Assembly: GCA_963821905.1 (NCBI GenBank)
Contig: CAWGFP010000009.1
Location: 647,412-711,411, forward strand
DNA length: 64,000 nt
Reading direction: 5' to 3'
DNA from: Thermoanaerobaculia bacterium
GTDB taxonomy: Bacteria > Acidobacteriota > Thermoanaerobaculia > Multivoradales > JAGPDF01
A program made the position numbers and the translations under genes. The notes below the pieces were generated by a model. That model saw only the letters and a list, made by a program, of their open reading frames with translations, was not told the DNA's origin and did not search any database. This document shows positions 40,441 to 55,853 of the stretch, piece by piece. Each line of letters starts with the position of its first letter. The stretch's first letter is position 1.

Positions 40441-42693
40441 TCAGCTCCCTGCCTTGGGTTCTGGATAGAGCTTCTCGAACTCCGGCTCGCCGTGGAGCAT
40501 CGCGAGGTCGGGGTCGCGGCGCGCCCAGTCGCGTCGCGGAAGCCGGCTCGCCATGCCTTGGCCAGCGCGTCCAAGGCCTCCGTCTTCCTGCCGAGCTTGC
40601 AGAAGGTGCAGGCGGCGTTGTAGAGCACCGTCGCCTCGTTGGGGCGCAGCGACCATCGCCAGGTCGGTCTCGCGCACGGCGTCCTCGCTCCGTCCCTCGT
40701 CGGCGTAGGCGATGGCCAGCAGGATGCGCGCGCGCGCGTCCTCGGGGACCTCCCGCAGGTGGGTCTCGAGGACCTGGATCTGGCGCTGCCGCATGTTCCG
40801 CAGCGCCTCCTGCTTGCCCAGCGCGCCGAGCGCGTTGGTGATCGGGACGTAGACGTTGTAGTCGGTGCCGCTCGACTCGATGGCCTGCGTCGGCGATGTC
40901 CGCCACCTCCTGGTACCGGCCGGCGGCGAACAGCGCAGCGCAGCAGCAGGTAGTAGGCGCCCTCGGTGTCGCGCTTGCGCGCGATCACCGGCGCACGAAA
41001 TCCGTCGCGCCTCCTCGTACTCGCCCCGGGCGTAGAGGATCCAGGCCTGCGCGATCTTCGCCTCGGGCAGCTCCGGCTGCAGAGCGCACCGCCTGCTCCG
41101 AGCCGCCCGGGCGCGCTCGATCCAGGTGTCCAGCTTGTCGTAGTTGTAGTGATACAGGGCGCAGACGTTGGCGATCGCCGCATAGGCGAGCGCGAAGCCC
41201 GGGTCCTGCGCCACCGCGTTCTCGAACATCTGCAGCGCGAACTCCGAGTCCTGCCGGGTCAGCCGGCGGGCGTAGCTCTTGCCGCTGCAGGTAGAGGTCG
41301 TAGGCCTGCAGGTTCTCGGTCGGCTTGGCGGCGAGCGCCTGCTTGCTCCTGCGGCGTCAGCGTGATGCGCAGCGCCTCGGCGATCTTGCGCGCGATCTCG
41401 TCCTGCACCTCGAAGACGTCCTTCATCTCGCGGTCGTAGCGCTCCGACCAGAGCGGGAAGTCGGTCTGCGTGTCGATGAGCTGGGCGTTGATTCGCAGCC
41501 GCTCGCCCGCGCGCCGCAGGCTGCCCGTCAGCACGCACGCCGGCCCGGAGCTGCTGGCCGATCTGGACCGCCGTCACCGGCTTGTCGCGGTAGGCGAGCA
41601 CGGTGGTGCGCGAGAAGATGTTCAGACCCTTGATCTTCGACAGCTCGGTGATGATGTCCTCGGTGATCCCGTCGCGGAAGTACTCGTCTTCCTTGACGCC
41701 CGACAGGTTCTCGAAGTAGAGCACCGCGACCGAGCGCTGGTCCTGGCCCGCCACCGCGCTGTCGGAGCGACCCTTCGAGTCGGAGAGCTCGGCCGCCCGG
41801 CGCCGGACCGAGCCGGTGTCGCGTTTGAGGCGCAGGAGATCGGTCTTCAACTCGGTGGCGCTCTGGTAGCGCAGGTTGCGGTCCTTCTCGAGCGCCTTCG
41901 CGAGGATCCGGCCGAGCGCCGGCGGCAGCGCCGGGTTGACCTCCACGAGCGGCTTCGGATCGCGGTTCAGGATGGCGTCGAAGACCACCGCCTGGGTGTC
42001 GCCCTGGAACGGCATCGAACCGGTCGCCATCTGGTAGAGCACCGTGCCGAACGAGAACAGGTCGGTGCGGGCGTCGGTCAGCTGGCCGCGCGCCTGCTCC
42101 GGCGACATGTAGTGCACCGTGCCGAGCACCGTACCAGCGACGGTCAGGTTCGTCCCGTCGAAGCGCTCGATCGCGGTGTCCGAGAGCGTCACGCCGGCGG
42201 CGGGGAGCGCGCGGTCGAACTTCGCCAGCCCGAAGTCGAGGATCTTCACCTGGCCGCTCGGCGAGACGAACAGGTTTGCCGGCTTGAGGTCGCGGTGCAC
42301 GATCCCCTTCGAGTGCGCCGACTCGAGCGCGTCGGCGATCTGGATCGCCAGGTCGAGCAGCTCGTCGATCTCGAACGGCTTGCGGCCCATCCGCTGCGCC
42401 AGCGTTTGGCCCTCGAGCAGCTCCATGACGATGAACGATCGCCCCTCGTGCTGCTCGATCGCGTGCACCGTGCAGATCCCGGGATGATTCAGCGACGACG
42501 CCGCGCGCGCTTCGCGCTGGAATCGCTCGAGCATCGGCGCGTCCTGCTGCAGCGCGTCGGAGAGGAACTTGAGCGCCACGCGGCGGCCCAGCCTCGAGTC
42601 CTCCGCCTCATAGACGACGCCCATGCCGCCGGCGCCCAATTGGCGTTCGATCCGGTAGTGCGAAACCGTCCTGCCGACCAGGGAGTCCGCCAT
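40441..42693 (-). pseudogene. Soluble Ser/Thr kinase-TolB-N-like module-TPR protein, tandem copy C; 3' half frame-broken as assembled
   Basis: Within ORF 40441..42789 the start [44 protein letters not shown] is at 42693. The kinase and the beginning of the module are intact ([61 protein letters not shown]). From about 41530 downstream, real TPR pieces ([79 protein letters not shown]) alternate with out-of-frame stretches. Confidence 0.8.
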
Positions 42694-42694
42694 G

Positions 42695-44932
42695 TCAGCT
42701 TCCCGCCTTGTTTTCGGGATAGAGCTTCTCGAACTCCGGATCCCCGTGGAGCGACGCGAGGTCGGGATCGCGGCGCGTCCAGTCGGCATCCTGGTAGCCG
42801 GCGTTCCAGGCTTTCTTCAGGGCTTCGATGGCTTCGCTCTTGCGGCCGAGGAAACAGAAGGTGCATGCCGCGTTGTAGAGCACGGTCGCTTCGTTCGGGC
42901 GCAGCACCATCGCCAGGTTCGCTTCCCGCACCGCGTCGTCCGGCCGTGCCTCCTCGGCATAGAGGCTGGCGAGCAGGATGCGGGCGCGCGCGTCCTCGGG
43001 AACCTCGCGCAGGTGGGTCTCGAGGGCTTGGATGAGCCGCAGCCGGATGTTGCGCGCTGCTTCCGGTTTGCCCAACGCGCCCAGGGCGTTGAGGATCGGC
43101 ACGTAGACGTTGTAGTCGGTGCCGCTCGCCTGGATGGCCTCCTCGGCGACTTCGGACACTTGCTGGTAGGAGCCCGAGCTGAAGAGCGCGCGCAGCAGGA
43201 GATAGTAGGCGCCTTCGCAGTCACGCTTGCGGGCGATCGCGGCCTTGACGATCCGCACCGCGTCTTCGTGCGCGCCACGCGCGTAAAGAGTCCACGCCTG
43301 AGAGACCAGGACTTCCGGGAGGTCGGGCGCCAGGGCGACGGCGCGCAGGGAGGCCGACTGCGCGCGGTCTATCCAGTCGGCGCCCAGCCCGGACCAGTAG
43401 TGCACGTGAGCGCAGCCGTTGGCGATCGCGGCGTAGGCGAGCGCGAAGCCGGGATCGAGCAGCACCGCGTTCTCGAACATCTGGAGCGCGAACTCCATGT
43501 CCTGGCGAGTCAATCGCCGGGCGTAGCTCCGGCCGCGCAGGTATAGATCGTAGGCCTGCAGGTTCTCGGTCGGCTTCTGGGCGAGCTCGGCCATCTCTTG
43601 CGGAGAGAGCGTGATGCGCAACGCGTCGGCGATCTTGTGGGCGATCTCGTCCTGGACCTCGAAGATGTCCGACATCTCGCGGTCGTAGCGCTCGGACCAG
43701 ACCGGGAAGCCAGTGGCGGCGTCGACCAGCTGGGTGTTGATGCGCAGGCGGTTGCCCGCCCGCCGCAGGCTGCCCTCGAGCGCGAAGTCGGCGCGCAGTT
43801 GCCCGCACACCTGGGCGGCGGTCACCTTCTGGTCGCGAAACGCCAGCACGGTGGTGCGCGGGAAGACGTTGAGGCCCTTGATCTTGGACAGGTCGGTGAG
43901 GATGTCCTCGGTGATGCCGTCGCGGAGGTACTCGTCTTCCTTGACCCCGGAAAGGTTCTCGAAATAGAGCACGGCGATGGAACGCTGCGAGCGCTTGGCC
44001 GTGCCGGATTTCGAATCAACCAGCGCCGCGGAGCTCGAGCGGACGCCTTCGAGCTTGCGCTTGAGGCGGAGAAGATCGGTCTTCAGCTCGGTCGCCGACT
44101 GGCAGCGCAGGCTGCGGTCCTTCTCGAGCGCCTTCTCCAGGATCTGGCCCAGGGCCGGCGGCAGAACGGGATTCACATCCGCCAGCGGCCGAGGGTCGCG
44201 GTTGAGGATCGCCTCGAACACCACCGCCTGGGTGTCGCCCTCGAAGGGCGGTGAGCCGGTCGCCATCTGGTAGAGCACGGCGCCGAGCGAGAACAAGTCG
44301 GTGCGCGCGTCGGTGAGCTGGCCGCGGGCCTGCTCCGGCGACATGTAGTGGATGGTGCCGAGCACCGTGCCGGCGACCGTGAGGTCGCCGCCGCTGGCAT
44401 GCGCCACGCCCGCCGCGACGGTCTCGTCGTTGGCGCTTCGCGCGCGGTCGATCTTCGCCAGGCCGAAGTCGAGGATCTTCACCTGACCTCGCGGATTGAT
44501 GAAAATGTTGGCCGGCTTCAAGTCGCGGTGCACGATCCCCTTGGCGTGCGCCGATTCGAGCGCGTCGGCTATCTGGATGGCGATGTCGAGGAGCGTCCCC
44601 ATTTCCATCGGCTGCGGACCGATGCGCGCCGCGAGCGGCTCGCCTTCCAGCAGCTCCATGACGATGAACGACTGCCCCTCGTGCTGTTCGATGGCGTGGA
44701 CGGTGCAGATGCCGGGATGGTTGAGTGCCGAGGCGGCGCGCGCCTCGCGCTGGAAACGCTCCAGCATCGGCGCGTCCTGCTGCAGGCCGTCCGAGAGGAA
44801 CTTGACCGCGACCCGGCGGTCGAGGCGCGAGTCCTCGGCCTCGTAAACCACGCCCATGCCGCCCTGTCCTAGTCGCCGGACGATCCGATAATGCGAGAAA
44901 GTCCGGCCGGCCAGGGAATTCGAATTTGACAC
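42695..44932 (-). CDS. Soluble Ser/Thr kinase-TolB-N-like module-TPR protein, tandem copy D (intact reference copy)
   Basis: Intact 745 aa. GTG start at 44932 with GGAGGA 5-6 nt upstream. [52 protein letters not shown]. No hydrophobic TM segment. [37 protein letters not shown]...[21 protein letters not shown] region to [28 protein letters not shown]. Confidence 0.9.
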   Translation of the reverse strand: MSNSNSLAGRTFSHYRIVRRLGQGGMGVVYEAEDSRLDRRVAVKFLSDGLQQDAPMLERFQREARAASALNHPGICTVHAIEQHEGQSFIVMELLEGEPLAARIGPQPMEMGTLLDIAIQIADALESAHAKGIVHRDLKPANIFINPRGQVKILDFGLAKIDRARSANDETVAAGVAHASGGDLTVAGTVLGTIHYMSPEQARGQLTDARTDLFSLGAVLYQMATGSPPFEGDTQAVVFEAILNRDPRPLADVNPVLPPALGQILEKALEKDRSLRCQSATELKTDLLRLKRKLEGVRSSSAALVDSKSGTAKRSQRSIAVLYFENLSGVKEDEYLRDGITEDILTDLSKIKGLNVFPRTTVLAFRDQKVTAAQVCGQLRADFALEGSLRRAGNRLRINTQLVDAATGFPVWSERYDREMSDIFEVQDEIAHKIADALRITLSPQEMAELAQKPTENLQAYDLYLRGRSYARRLTRQDMEFALQMFENAVLLDPGFALAYAAIANGCAHVHYWSGLGADWIDRAQSASLRAVALAPDLPEVLVSQAWTLYARGAHEDAVRIVKAAIARKRDCEGAYYLLLRALFSSGSYQQVSEVAEEAIQASGTDYNVYVPILNALGALGKPEAARNIRLRLIQALETHLREVPEDARARILLASLYAEEARPDDAVREANLAMVLRPNEATVLYNAACTFCFLGRKSEAIEALKKAWNAGYQDADWTRRDPDLASLHGDPEFEKLYPENKAGS

Positions 44933-44955
44933 GTATTTCCTCCGCGCGACGGATG

Positions 44956-44977
44956 ATTCCGAGCAGAAATTCCGAGC
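44956..44977. promoter_or_regulatory. 9-bp direct repeat ATTCCGAGC x2 (13-nt period) in the divergent kinase control region
   Basis: ATTCCGAGC occurs at 44956-44964 and 44969-44977, which is 24-45 nt upstream of the kinase D start on the opposite strand. It lies inside the 206-bp, comparatively AT-richer intergenic region 44933-45138. Confidence 0.35.
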
Positions 44978-45138
44978 CGTTGAACAGTACCACCGGCAAA
45001 CCCGGGAGACATCGATAGGTGCGCACTAAAACAAGCATGGAGCGGGGTGGACCAAGGTCCTAGCGCCTCGTCCCACTGCCTGGACGATGTAGACTGCCAA
45101 CACCGCTGTTATTTGCCGTTCGCGGCTAAGGGGGTCGG

Positions 45139-47842
45139 TTGCCGCAGGACCTCGTCGGTCGGTCCATCGCGCACTACCGCATCACCGGCCAGCTCGGCCA
45201 GGGCGGCATGGGTGAGGTCTACCGCGCCCGGGACACCAAGCTCGAGCGCGACGTGGCGATCAAGGTGCTGCCGGCGGGGCTGGCGCAAGATGGTGAGCGC
45301 TTGCAGCGCTTCGAGCGCGAGGCGCACCTCCTCGCTTCACTCAACCATCCGCACATCGCAGCCATCCACGGCGTCGAGGACGTGGAGGGCACCAAGGCCT
45401 TGATCCTCGAACTGGTCGAGGGCCCGACGCTTGCCGAGCGGTTGGAGCACGGGGCGTTGCCGCTGGCGGAGAGCGTCGCCATCGCGCGGCGGATCGCGGA
45501 GGCGCTCGAGGCGGCGCACGCCAAGGGGATCGTGCATCGCGATCTCAAGCCGCAGAACGTCAAGGCGCCTCTCGACGGCCGGGTGAAGGTGCTCGATTTC
45601 GGGCTCGCCAAGGCGCTGGATCCGATCGCGGGCGGCTCGTCCGCGGCCTCGCAGCTTGCGCATTCGCCGACCATCACGGTGGGCGCGACGTTGCAGGGCG
45701 TGATTCTCGGCACCGCGGCGTACATGTCACCCGAGCAGGCCAAGGGGCTGCCGGTCGACAAGCGTACGGACATTTGGTCGCTCGGGGTGCTGCTGCTCGA
45801 GATGCTCACCGGCAAGCGGGTGTTCGACGGCGACACCGTGACCGAAACGCTCGCCGCCGTCCTGCGGGCCGAGATCCCGCTCGGCGAGCTGCCCGCGGGA
45901 ACACCGGGCTCGATCCGCCGCTTGCTGCGCCGCTGTCTCGAGCGCGACCCGCGCGAACCGGCTGCACGACGTCGCCGACGTGCGCATCGTGCTCGCGGAC
46001 CTCGAGGCGGGACGTTCCGACGACTCCCTGCCGGCGGCCGTTGCGGCGAGTGCGGGCCGCCCGCGCTCGCGGTCTCTGCTCGCGGTTCTCGCTCTCGCAC
46101 TGGTGGCAGCGGCGTTCGCCGCAGGTTGGGCGCTTCGCCGGCCGCCGGCGCGCCCGGCGCCCGCCATCGCAGACGAGGCCGTCGTGCGCAAGGTGACCTT
46201 CGAGCCGGGGCTCGAGGCGGAGCCATCCTTTTCGCCCGACGGCAACTATCTCGCCTACACCACGAATGCGCGCGGCTCGCTCGACATCGCCGTCTTGCCG
46301 GTCGGCGGCGGCCAGGTACGCTACCTCGCCGATTCCCCGGCGGACGAAGCCCAGCCGGCCTGGTCGCCGGACGGCACCCGCGTCGCCTTTACCGCCGCGC
46401 GCGAGGACTCGGGCCGGCTCCGGCCGCTCGGCGGGTTGGGGGTGTTGACGCCGTTTGTACAGGGACACGGCGGCGACATCTTCCTGATTCCAGCGCCGGG
46501 AGGGACACGCGTGCGGCTGGTCGACCGCGCCAGCTATCCGACCTGGTCGCCGGACGGCCAACAGGTCGCCTTCATGAGCGATCGCGGCGGCCAGTGGGAT
46601 ATCTGGCGTATCGCGGCGCGTGGCGGTGAGCCGGCGCCGGTGGTGGAGGACGAGGAGATCGACTATCACCCGGCCTGGTCGCCGGACGGGCGCTGGATCG
46701 CCTTCGCTTCGGGTCCCGGGTTGCGCGTGGCCCCAGCAGACGGCAGTGCCGCGGCGCGGCTTTTGGTTGCGGCGGGCTCTGCGGTCCTTTCGCCGAGCTG
46801 GTCGGCCGACGGCCGCTGGCTCTATTTTTCGTGGAACCGGACCAGCTCCAAGGCGAGCCTCTGGCGCCTCGAGTTCCGGCCGGACGGCTCCGCAGCGTCA
46901 ACACCCGAGCGGATCTCGCTGGGTGGGCAGAGCGATGTCGATCTGGCGATCGGCGCCGGTGGACGGCGGCTCGCCTGGAGCCGGGCCGAATTCGCGCCCG
47001 ATCTTTGGGAGCTGGAGCGAGCGAGCGGCGAGCTGCGCCAGTTGACCGCCACCAGCAGTGGCGAGGACTACCCGCATCTCAACCCAGACGGCCGCTTGTT
47101 GGTCCATACCTCCGACCGCGCTGGGCGTGTCGGCATCTGGGTTCTCGACCGGCAGGACGGGACGCTGGAAGCAATGACGCCGCCCGAGCTCGGCGCGGGT
47201 AGCCCGCGCTGGTCTCCGGACGGGCGCGCGGTGGCCTATAGCTCTGCCGACGAGGCGGACCACGGAAGAGCGGTCGTCCAGGAGCGCGGCGGGCTCACGG
47301 CACGGGTGTTGTCGAGGACGCCGAGGGCCGGCGACGTGGTGTCCGGTCCGCAATGGTCCCGCGACGGGGGACGAATCGTCTTCGTGCGCGGCTCGCCGGG
47401 TCATGGACAGGAGCTCGTGGTGACGAATCTCACCGGTGGCGAAACGGTGCTGGCTAGTTTCCCCGAGGAAGCGAACGCGGCCTTCCCCTGCTTTCTCGGC
47501 AAGTCGACCGTCGTTTACCAACAGGAGACCGGTGGCGAGCCTCGGCAGATCTGGTCGATTCCCGCTGCCGGCGGGGAACCGCGGCAGCTGACCCACGGCA
47601 CGGACGAGCTCTCCCATCCCCAGGGCTCGCCGCTCGATGACGACGAGATACTGGTGGTGATCGATCACAAGAACGTCGCCATCGTGTCGGCGTCGCGAGG
47701 CGACGTGACCCTGCTCACCGACTTCGACGATTCGACCGTCATGGTGGACTACCCGAGCTGGTCCGCCGACGGCCGGCGAATCGAGTTCAGTCTCACCCGC
47801 AAGGTCGGCGATCTCTTCCTGCTGGAGAATCCGTCGCCGTGA
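45139..47842 (+). CDS. Membrane Ser/Thr kinase with TolB/PD40 beta-propeller ectodomain (array gene E, ectodomain class 3); one frame break
   Basis: TTG start after [60 protein letters not shown]. The break near 45955 reads [40 protein letters not shown]. Propeller: [84 protein letters not shown] (ORFs 45139..46629 + 45980..47842). Confidence 0.85.
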
Positions 47843-50593
47843 TCGGTTCCCGGCTCGGACCTTACGAGATCACCGCCAAGCTGGGCGAGGGCGGGATGGG
47901 GGAGGTCTATCGGGCCACCGACTCGAAGCTCAAGCGCGAGGTGGCGATCAAGGTGCTGCCGGCGGCGTTCACCGCCGATCCAGAGCGCCTGGCGCGCTTC
48001 GAGCGCGAGGCGCAGGTGCTGGCGGCGCTCAACCATCCCGCACATCGCGGCGATCTACGGCGTCGAGGAGACCGACGGCGACCAAGGCGCTGGTGCTGGA
48101 GCTGGTCGAGGGCGAGACGCTCGCGGACGCGCCTCGCCCGCGGGCCGCTGCCGATCGACGAGGCGCTCGCCATCGCCCGCCAGATCGCCGAGGCGCTCGA
48201 AGCGGCGCACGAGAAGGGCATCGTCCACCGCGACCTCAAGCCCGCGAACGTCAAGCTGACCGCCGACGGCACCGTCAAGGTGCTCGACTTCGGGCTGGCC
48301 AAGGCGTTGGAGCCCGCGCGCTCGCTCCGTCGCTCTCGCCGTCGGCCTCGCCGACGCTCATGCATTCGCCGACGCTCACCGCCGCCGGCACGCAGCTCGG
48401 GGTGATCCTGGGCACCGCGGCCTACATGGCGCCGGAGCAGGCGCGAGGCGGCCGCGGTCGACAAGCGGGCCGACATCTGGGCTTTCGGCGTGGTGCTCTA
48501 CGAGATGCTCACCGGCGAGCGCGCTCTTCGCCGGCGAGACGGTCAGCGACACCCTCGCCGGCGTGCTCAAGAGCGAGATCGACTGGTCGCGCGGCTGCCG
48601 GCCGACGACGCCGGCGCGCGCTGCGCCGCTCGTGCGGCGCTGCCTCGAGCGCAATCCGAAGAACCGCCTGCACGACATCGCCGACGCCCGCATCGTGCTC
48701 GACGAGATCGCGCGCGGCGCGCGTCGGCGAGGCCGCCGCCGTGCCGTCCCCGACCGGCATCGAGCGCCGCGCACCGTCGCGGCGATCGCCGCCGTCGCCG
48801 CGTTGGTCGCTCGTCGCTCGGCTGGCTCGCTGCCGGCCCGGCTTCGGCGACCGCGCCGCCGGCCGCGAGCGCGCGCTGGGCGCTCGCGCTGCCCGACGGC
48901 GTACGCCGTTTTCGGCCGTGGAAGTCCCGCAGCTCGCGATCTCGCCGGACGGCCGGCTGCAGGTCGCGGTGGTCGTCCGACGCGAGCCGGCAGTGCACGC
49001 GTCTCCTGCTGCGCTCGACGCGACGATCTTGCGCCGCGCTTCATGCCCGCGACCGAGCGGCGCCGCGACGCCCTTCTTCTCGCCGGACGGCGCCTGGATC
49101 GGATTCTTCCACGACAACGCGCTGTGGCAAGATCGCCGGTGGCCGGCGGCGCGCCGGTCCACCTCGCAGACGCCTCGACGCAGACCCGCGGCGCCACGTG
49201 GAGCCGCGACGGCTTCATCTACTACGTGCCGGACTTCGCGGTCGGCGCTGTCGCGCGTCTCGCAGAACGGCGGCACGCCGACGCCGCGTGACGCGCCTCG
49301 AGAGGCGCGCGACGAGCGCACCCACCGCTGGCCGCAGGCGCATGCCCGGACGGCAGCGCCGTGCTCTTCACCTGCGACAGCTAGGCCTCGACCGAGTTCT
49401 ACGACGACGCGCGCATCGAGGCGGTGCGGCCGGCGACCGGCGAACGCACGGTGCTGCTCGAGAACGCCAGCATGGCGCGCTACGTCCGCCGACGCGGCAT
49501 CTGGTCTTCGCCCGCGGCGGCTCGCTCTACGCCGTCGCTCTCGATCCGCGGGCGCTCACGGTGCACCGGCGCGCCGGTGCTGGTGGCGCAGGACGTGGCG
49601 ACCGACGAGGGCTCGGGCGCGGTGCAGTTCGCGACGTCGGCGAGCGGCGCACGGCCTGTGGGCGCCCGGCGATAGCTCCGGCGTCGACGCTCGTGTTGTG
49701 GGTCGATCGCCACGGCGCCGAAACCGCGGTCGGCAGTGCCGGAGGCGCCCTACAACGAGACGGCATTGTCCCCCGACGGCAAACGGGTCGCTGCTGGTCG
49801 GCGGCGAGGGCAGGCGTCGCCGATCTGTGGGTGGTCGACCTGGAACGCGGAGCGCTCAGCCGCCTGACCAACGGCGAGGTCGGTCGCCAGCCCGGTGTGG
49901 ATCCCCGGACGGCCGGCAGCATCGCCTACGCGCTGCGCGCGGCGAACCGCCGAATGGCAGTTGGCGCTCCGCGCGGCCGACGGCAGCCGCGATGCCGAGA
50001 ATGCCTCGCTCGCCGGAGCGCGTCCGCTCACGCCTACCGACTCACGCTGGCCGAGCGCCCTCATCTACAGCACCGATCCAAGCCCGACGGCTCTGGCGTC
50101 GACCTCTACCGGCTGCCGCTCGACGGCGATCGCCAGCCCGAGCTCCTCCTCGGCGGACCGTTCAGCAAGGACGAGGCCGTGGTTTCGCCAGACGGTCGCT
50201 GGCTCGCCTACACCTCGAACGAGAGCGGCGCCCCGAGCGTCTTCGTGCGGCCCTATCCCGCGGGCGACGGACGCTGGCAGATCTCGACCCCGGTGCGGCG
50301 TCGAGCCGCGCTGGAGCCACGGCGGACGGGAGCTGTTCTATCGCGAGGCGGCGTCGCTCTATCGCGTGGCGGTCGACACCAGGAGCGGGTTCTCGGCCGC
50401 CCGCCCCGAGCGCCTGCTCGATCGCGTCGGGAAGCGCGTCGGCGTCCACACCTACTCATTGTCGCCGGACGACAGCCGGATCTTCACCAGACGCACACGA
50501 GAGGCGGCCGAGGCCACCGTTCGCGTCCTCCATTTCGAGCAGGGGTTTGCGCGCCGGCTCGACGCGCTGACCCGCGAGGGCCGCGCGCCGTGA
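47839..50593 (+). pseudogene. Membrane Ser/Thr kinase with beta-propeller ectodomain (array gene F, class 1); many frame breaks as assembled
   Basis: GTG 47839 overlaps the E stop (GTGA). [67 protein letters not shown] is followed by fragments in all frames: [122 protein letters not shown], ending [23 protein letters not shown]. Confidence 0.75.
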
Positions 50594-53203
50594 CCCTGGC
50601 GCCGGGTACCCGGCTTGGACCCTATGAGGTCACCGCCAAGCTGGGAGAAGGCGGGATGGGGGAGGTGTATCGGGCCACCGACTCGAAATTCAAGCGCGAG
50701 GTGGCGATCAAGGTCCTGCCGGCGGCGTTCACTGAGGACAAAGAGCGCCTGCAGCGCTTCGAGCGCGAGGCGCAGCTCCTGGCGCAGCTTCACCATCCGC
50801 ACATCGCTTCGATTTTCGGGCTCGAGGAGTCGGGCGGCGTGCGCGCTCTGGTCATGGAGCTGGTGGACGGGCCCACCCTGAGCGAGCATCTGGCCCAAGG
50901 GGCGCTGCCGCTCGATGAGGCGCTCGCGATCGCCCGCCAGATCGCCGAGGCGCTCGAAGCGGCGCACGAGAAGGGCATCGTCCACCGCGACTTGAAGCCA
51001 CAGAACATCAAGTTGGCGCTCGACGGCTCGGTGAAGGTGCTCGACTTCGGGCTCGCCAAGGCGATGGACGCCGCCAGCTCGTCGGTTGTTGTCGACCCGG
51101 CGCGCTCGCCGACCATCATGAATTCGCCGACCCTCACCGCGGCCGGCACGCGGCTCGGCATGATCCTCGGGACCGCCGCCTACATGGCGCCCGAGCAGGC
51201 CAAGGGAGCGGCGGTCGACAAGCGCGCCGACATTTGGGCTTTCGGGGTGGTGTTGTTCGAGATGTTGAGCGGCCGGCGTCTGTTTTCCGGTGACAGCGCG
51301 CCGGAAACGCTTGCCGAGGTGCTCAAGGCGCCGATCCCGCTCGAGGATCTGGCCGATGTGGCCCCGGCCGCCATCCGCCAGCTGGTCGGGCGCTGCCTTG
51401 AACGGAACCCGAAGAACCGACTGCATGACATCGCCGACGCCCGCATCGTGCTCGATGACGTGATCCGCGGCGTCGGCGCGGGCGATCTGGAAGGCGCGAG
51501 TGCGTCCCGCGGCGGTGTCTCGCGGCGCGAGCTCGTGGCCTGGGTCGGACTTGCCGCGAGTGCGCTCGCTCTCGGCCTGTTCGCGTGGCGGCGCCCGGAA
51601 GTGCCGCCGCCCAGCGTGCCTCGATTCACCAAGATCACCTACGCGCCCCAGTTCATTTCCAACGCACGCTTCGCGCCCGACGGCCGGACGGTGATCTTGA
51701 GTGCGGCGCTGCAAGGCAACGACAGTGCGCTGTTCGTCCGTCGCCCCGAGGATCCGCAACCGCGCGTTCTCGGCAGGTCCGACCTCCAGCTGCTGGCGGT
51801 TTCCTCGAAGGGGGAGGTCGCGCTGCTCACCGGCGCGCATTACTGGGTGCATCGCACCTATCTGGGAACGCTCGCCCGCATGCCGATCGCGGAAGCGTCG
51901 CCGCGCGAGATTCTCGAGGACGTCACCGCGGCCGACTGGTCTCCCGACGGCGCCGAGCTGGCGGTCATCCGGCAGGTCGAGGGCAAGAGTCGCCTCGAAT
52001 ACCCGGTCGGCAAGACGCTCGCGGAATCGAACGGCTATCTGAGCGACGTGCGGGTGTCCCCCAAGGGCGACCGCATCGCCTTCATGCCGCACGCCTTCGC
52101 CAACGACAACCGGGGTCCGGTGGTGGTGGTCGACCGCGCGGGGGCGGAGATCACGCGATCGCCCGAGTATTGGGGCACCGAAGGGATCGCTTGGTCCGCC
52201 GACGGCGAGACGGTGCTCTTTTCGGCGTCGGCCAGAGGGGACGACTACTCGATTCTCGCTCTCGCCATGGACGGAACGACGCGGGATGTGCTCACCGCGC
52301 CGGCGAGACTTTTCTTGCACGATACGTCCGCGGACGGGAAGCTGCTGCTCTCGACCAGCGAAGAACGCGCCGGCGTGTTCGCTCTGCTGCCCGGCGCGAC
52401 CGGCGAGCGCGAGTTGCCTTGGCTCGACCAGTCCTCCTGGCCGGTTCTGTCGCGAGACGGGCGGAGCCTGATCTTCGGCGATGAAACCGCTCTGTCAGGC
52501 CATCTGTACTCGGTTTTCTATCGCGCCGCCGACGGTTCGCCGCCGGTGCGGCTGGGCGACGGCTTCGGGAGCGACCTTTCCCTGACGGCACCGCGGTGGT
52601 GGCGGTAGTCATGGACAATCCGCCTCGAATGATGATCTATCCGACCGGGCCCGGGGAACCTCGTGACATCTCGGTCGCCGGGTTGGTGGCTTACGAGTAC
52701 GAATCGGCGCGTTTCCTGCGCGACGGACAGAGCGTTGCGGTGTGCGGCACCGACTCCGGCCAGATCTCGCGCTGCTGGCTGCGCGATCTCGCCGGCGGCG
52801 AGGCGCGGGCCGTGACGCCGCCGGGCACTCGCCGAGGCAGGGTCTCCCCGGACGGTACTGCGGTCGTGGCGCGCGGACCGGACGGGCGTTATCGACGCTA
52901 CGCGATCGACTCGCAGAGCATCGGCGACGGCGTCCCAGTCGATGGCCTCGACATGCGGGACGAGATTGGCGGGTGGAGCGCCGACGGCCGATCTCTCATC
53001 GTCTATCGCTCGGCGGAGATTCCCGCGCGCGTCGATCGCCTCGACCTCGCGAGCGGTCGGCGGACCGCGCTGCGCGAGCTGGCGCCCGCCGACCGGGCCG
53101 GGGTGGTCAGCATCGAAGGCATCTCGTTCTCGGTGGACGAGAAGTTCTACGCCTACGGGGTCATGCGCAAGGCCGGCAATCTCTTCGCCGTCGAGGGTGT
53201 GCG

Positions 53204-53207
<4 letters not shown>
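50590..53207 (+). CDS. Membrane Ser/Thr kinase with beta-propeller-like ectodomain (array gene G, class 2); one frame break
   Basis: GTG 50590 overlaps the F stop (GTGA). [76 protein letters not shown]. Ectodomain [15 protein letters not shown]...[10 protein letters not shown]...[10 protein letters not shown]...[10 protein letters not shown]. The single break at about 52580 is a CCC run where LSPDG needs CCCC, and it joins the real part of ORF 48490..52608 to ORF 52596..53207. Confidence 0.85.
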
Positions 53208-55810
<2,603 letters not shown>

Positions 55811-55853
55811 GCCAGCTTCCGGGCGCCGCCGGCCACGTTGAGGCGATCCGCCC

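Larger units (their letters stand above)
35964..44932 (-). repeat. Four-unit head-to-tail tandem array of ~2.24-kb kinase-TPR genes (A-D)
   Basis: The starts at 38206, 40439, 42693 and 44932 give periods of 2233, 2254 and 2239 nt. Every junction is stop-1 nt-start with the shared context AGCTGA(G/C)ATGGC on the coding strand (38204-38210, 40437-40443, 42691-42697). Confidence 0.9.

Noticed and set aside
48490-52608. 1372-aa plus-strand ORF that looks like one giant protein
   Set aside because: Its first ~700 codons are an out-of-frame read-through of the frame-broken kinase F (Arg/Ala/Pro-rich nonsense). Only the part from GTG 50590 onward is real (kinase G).
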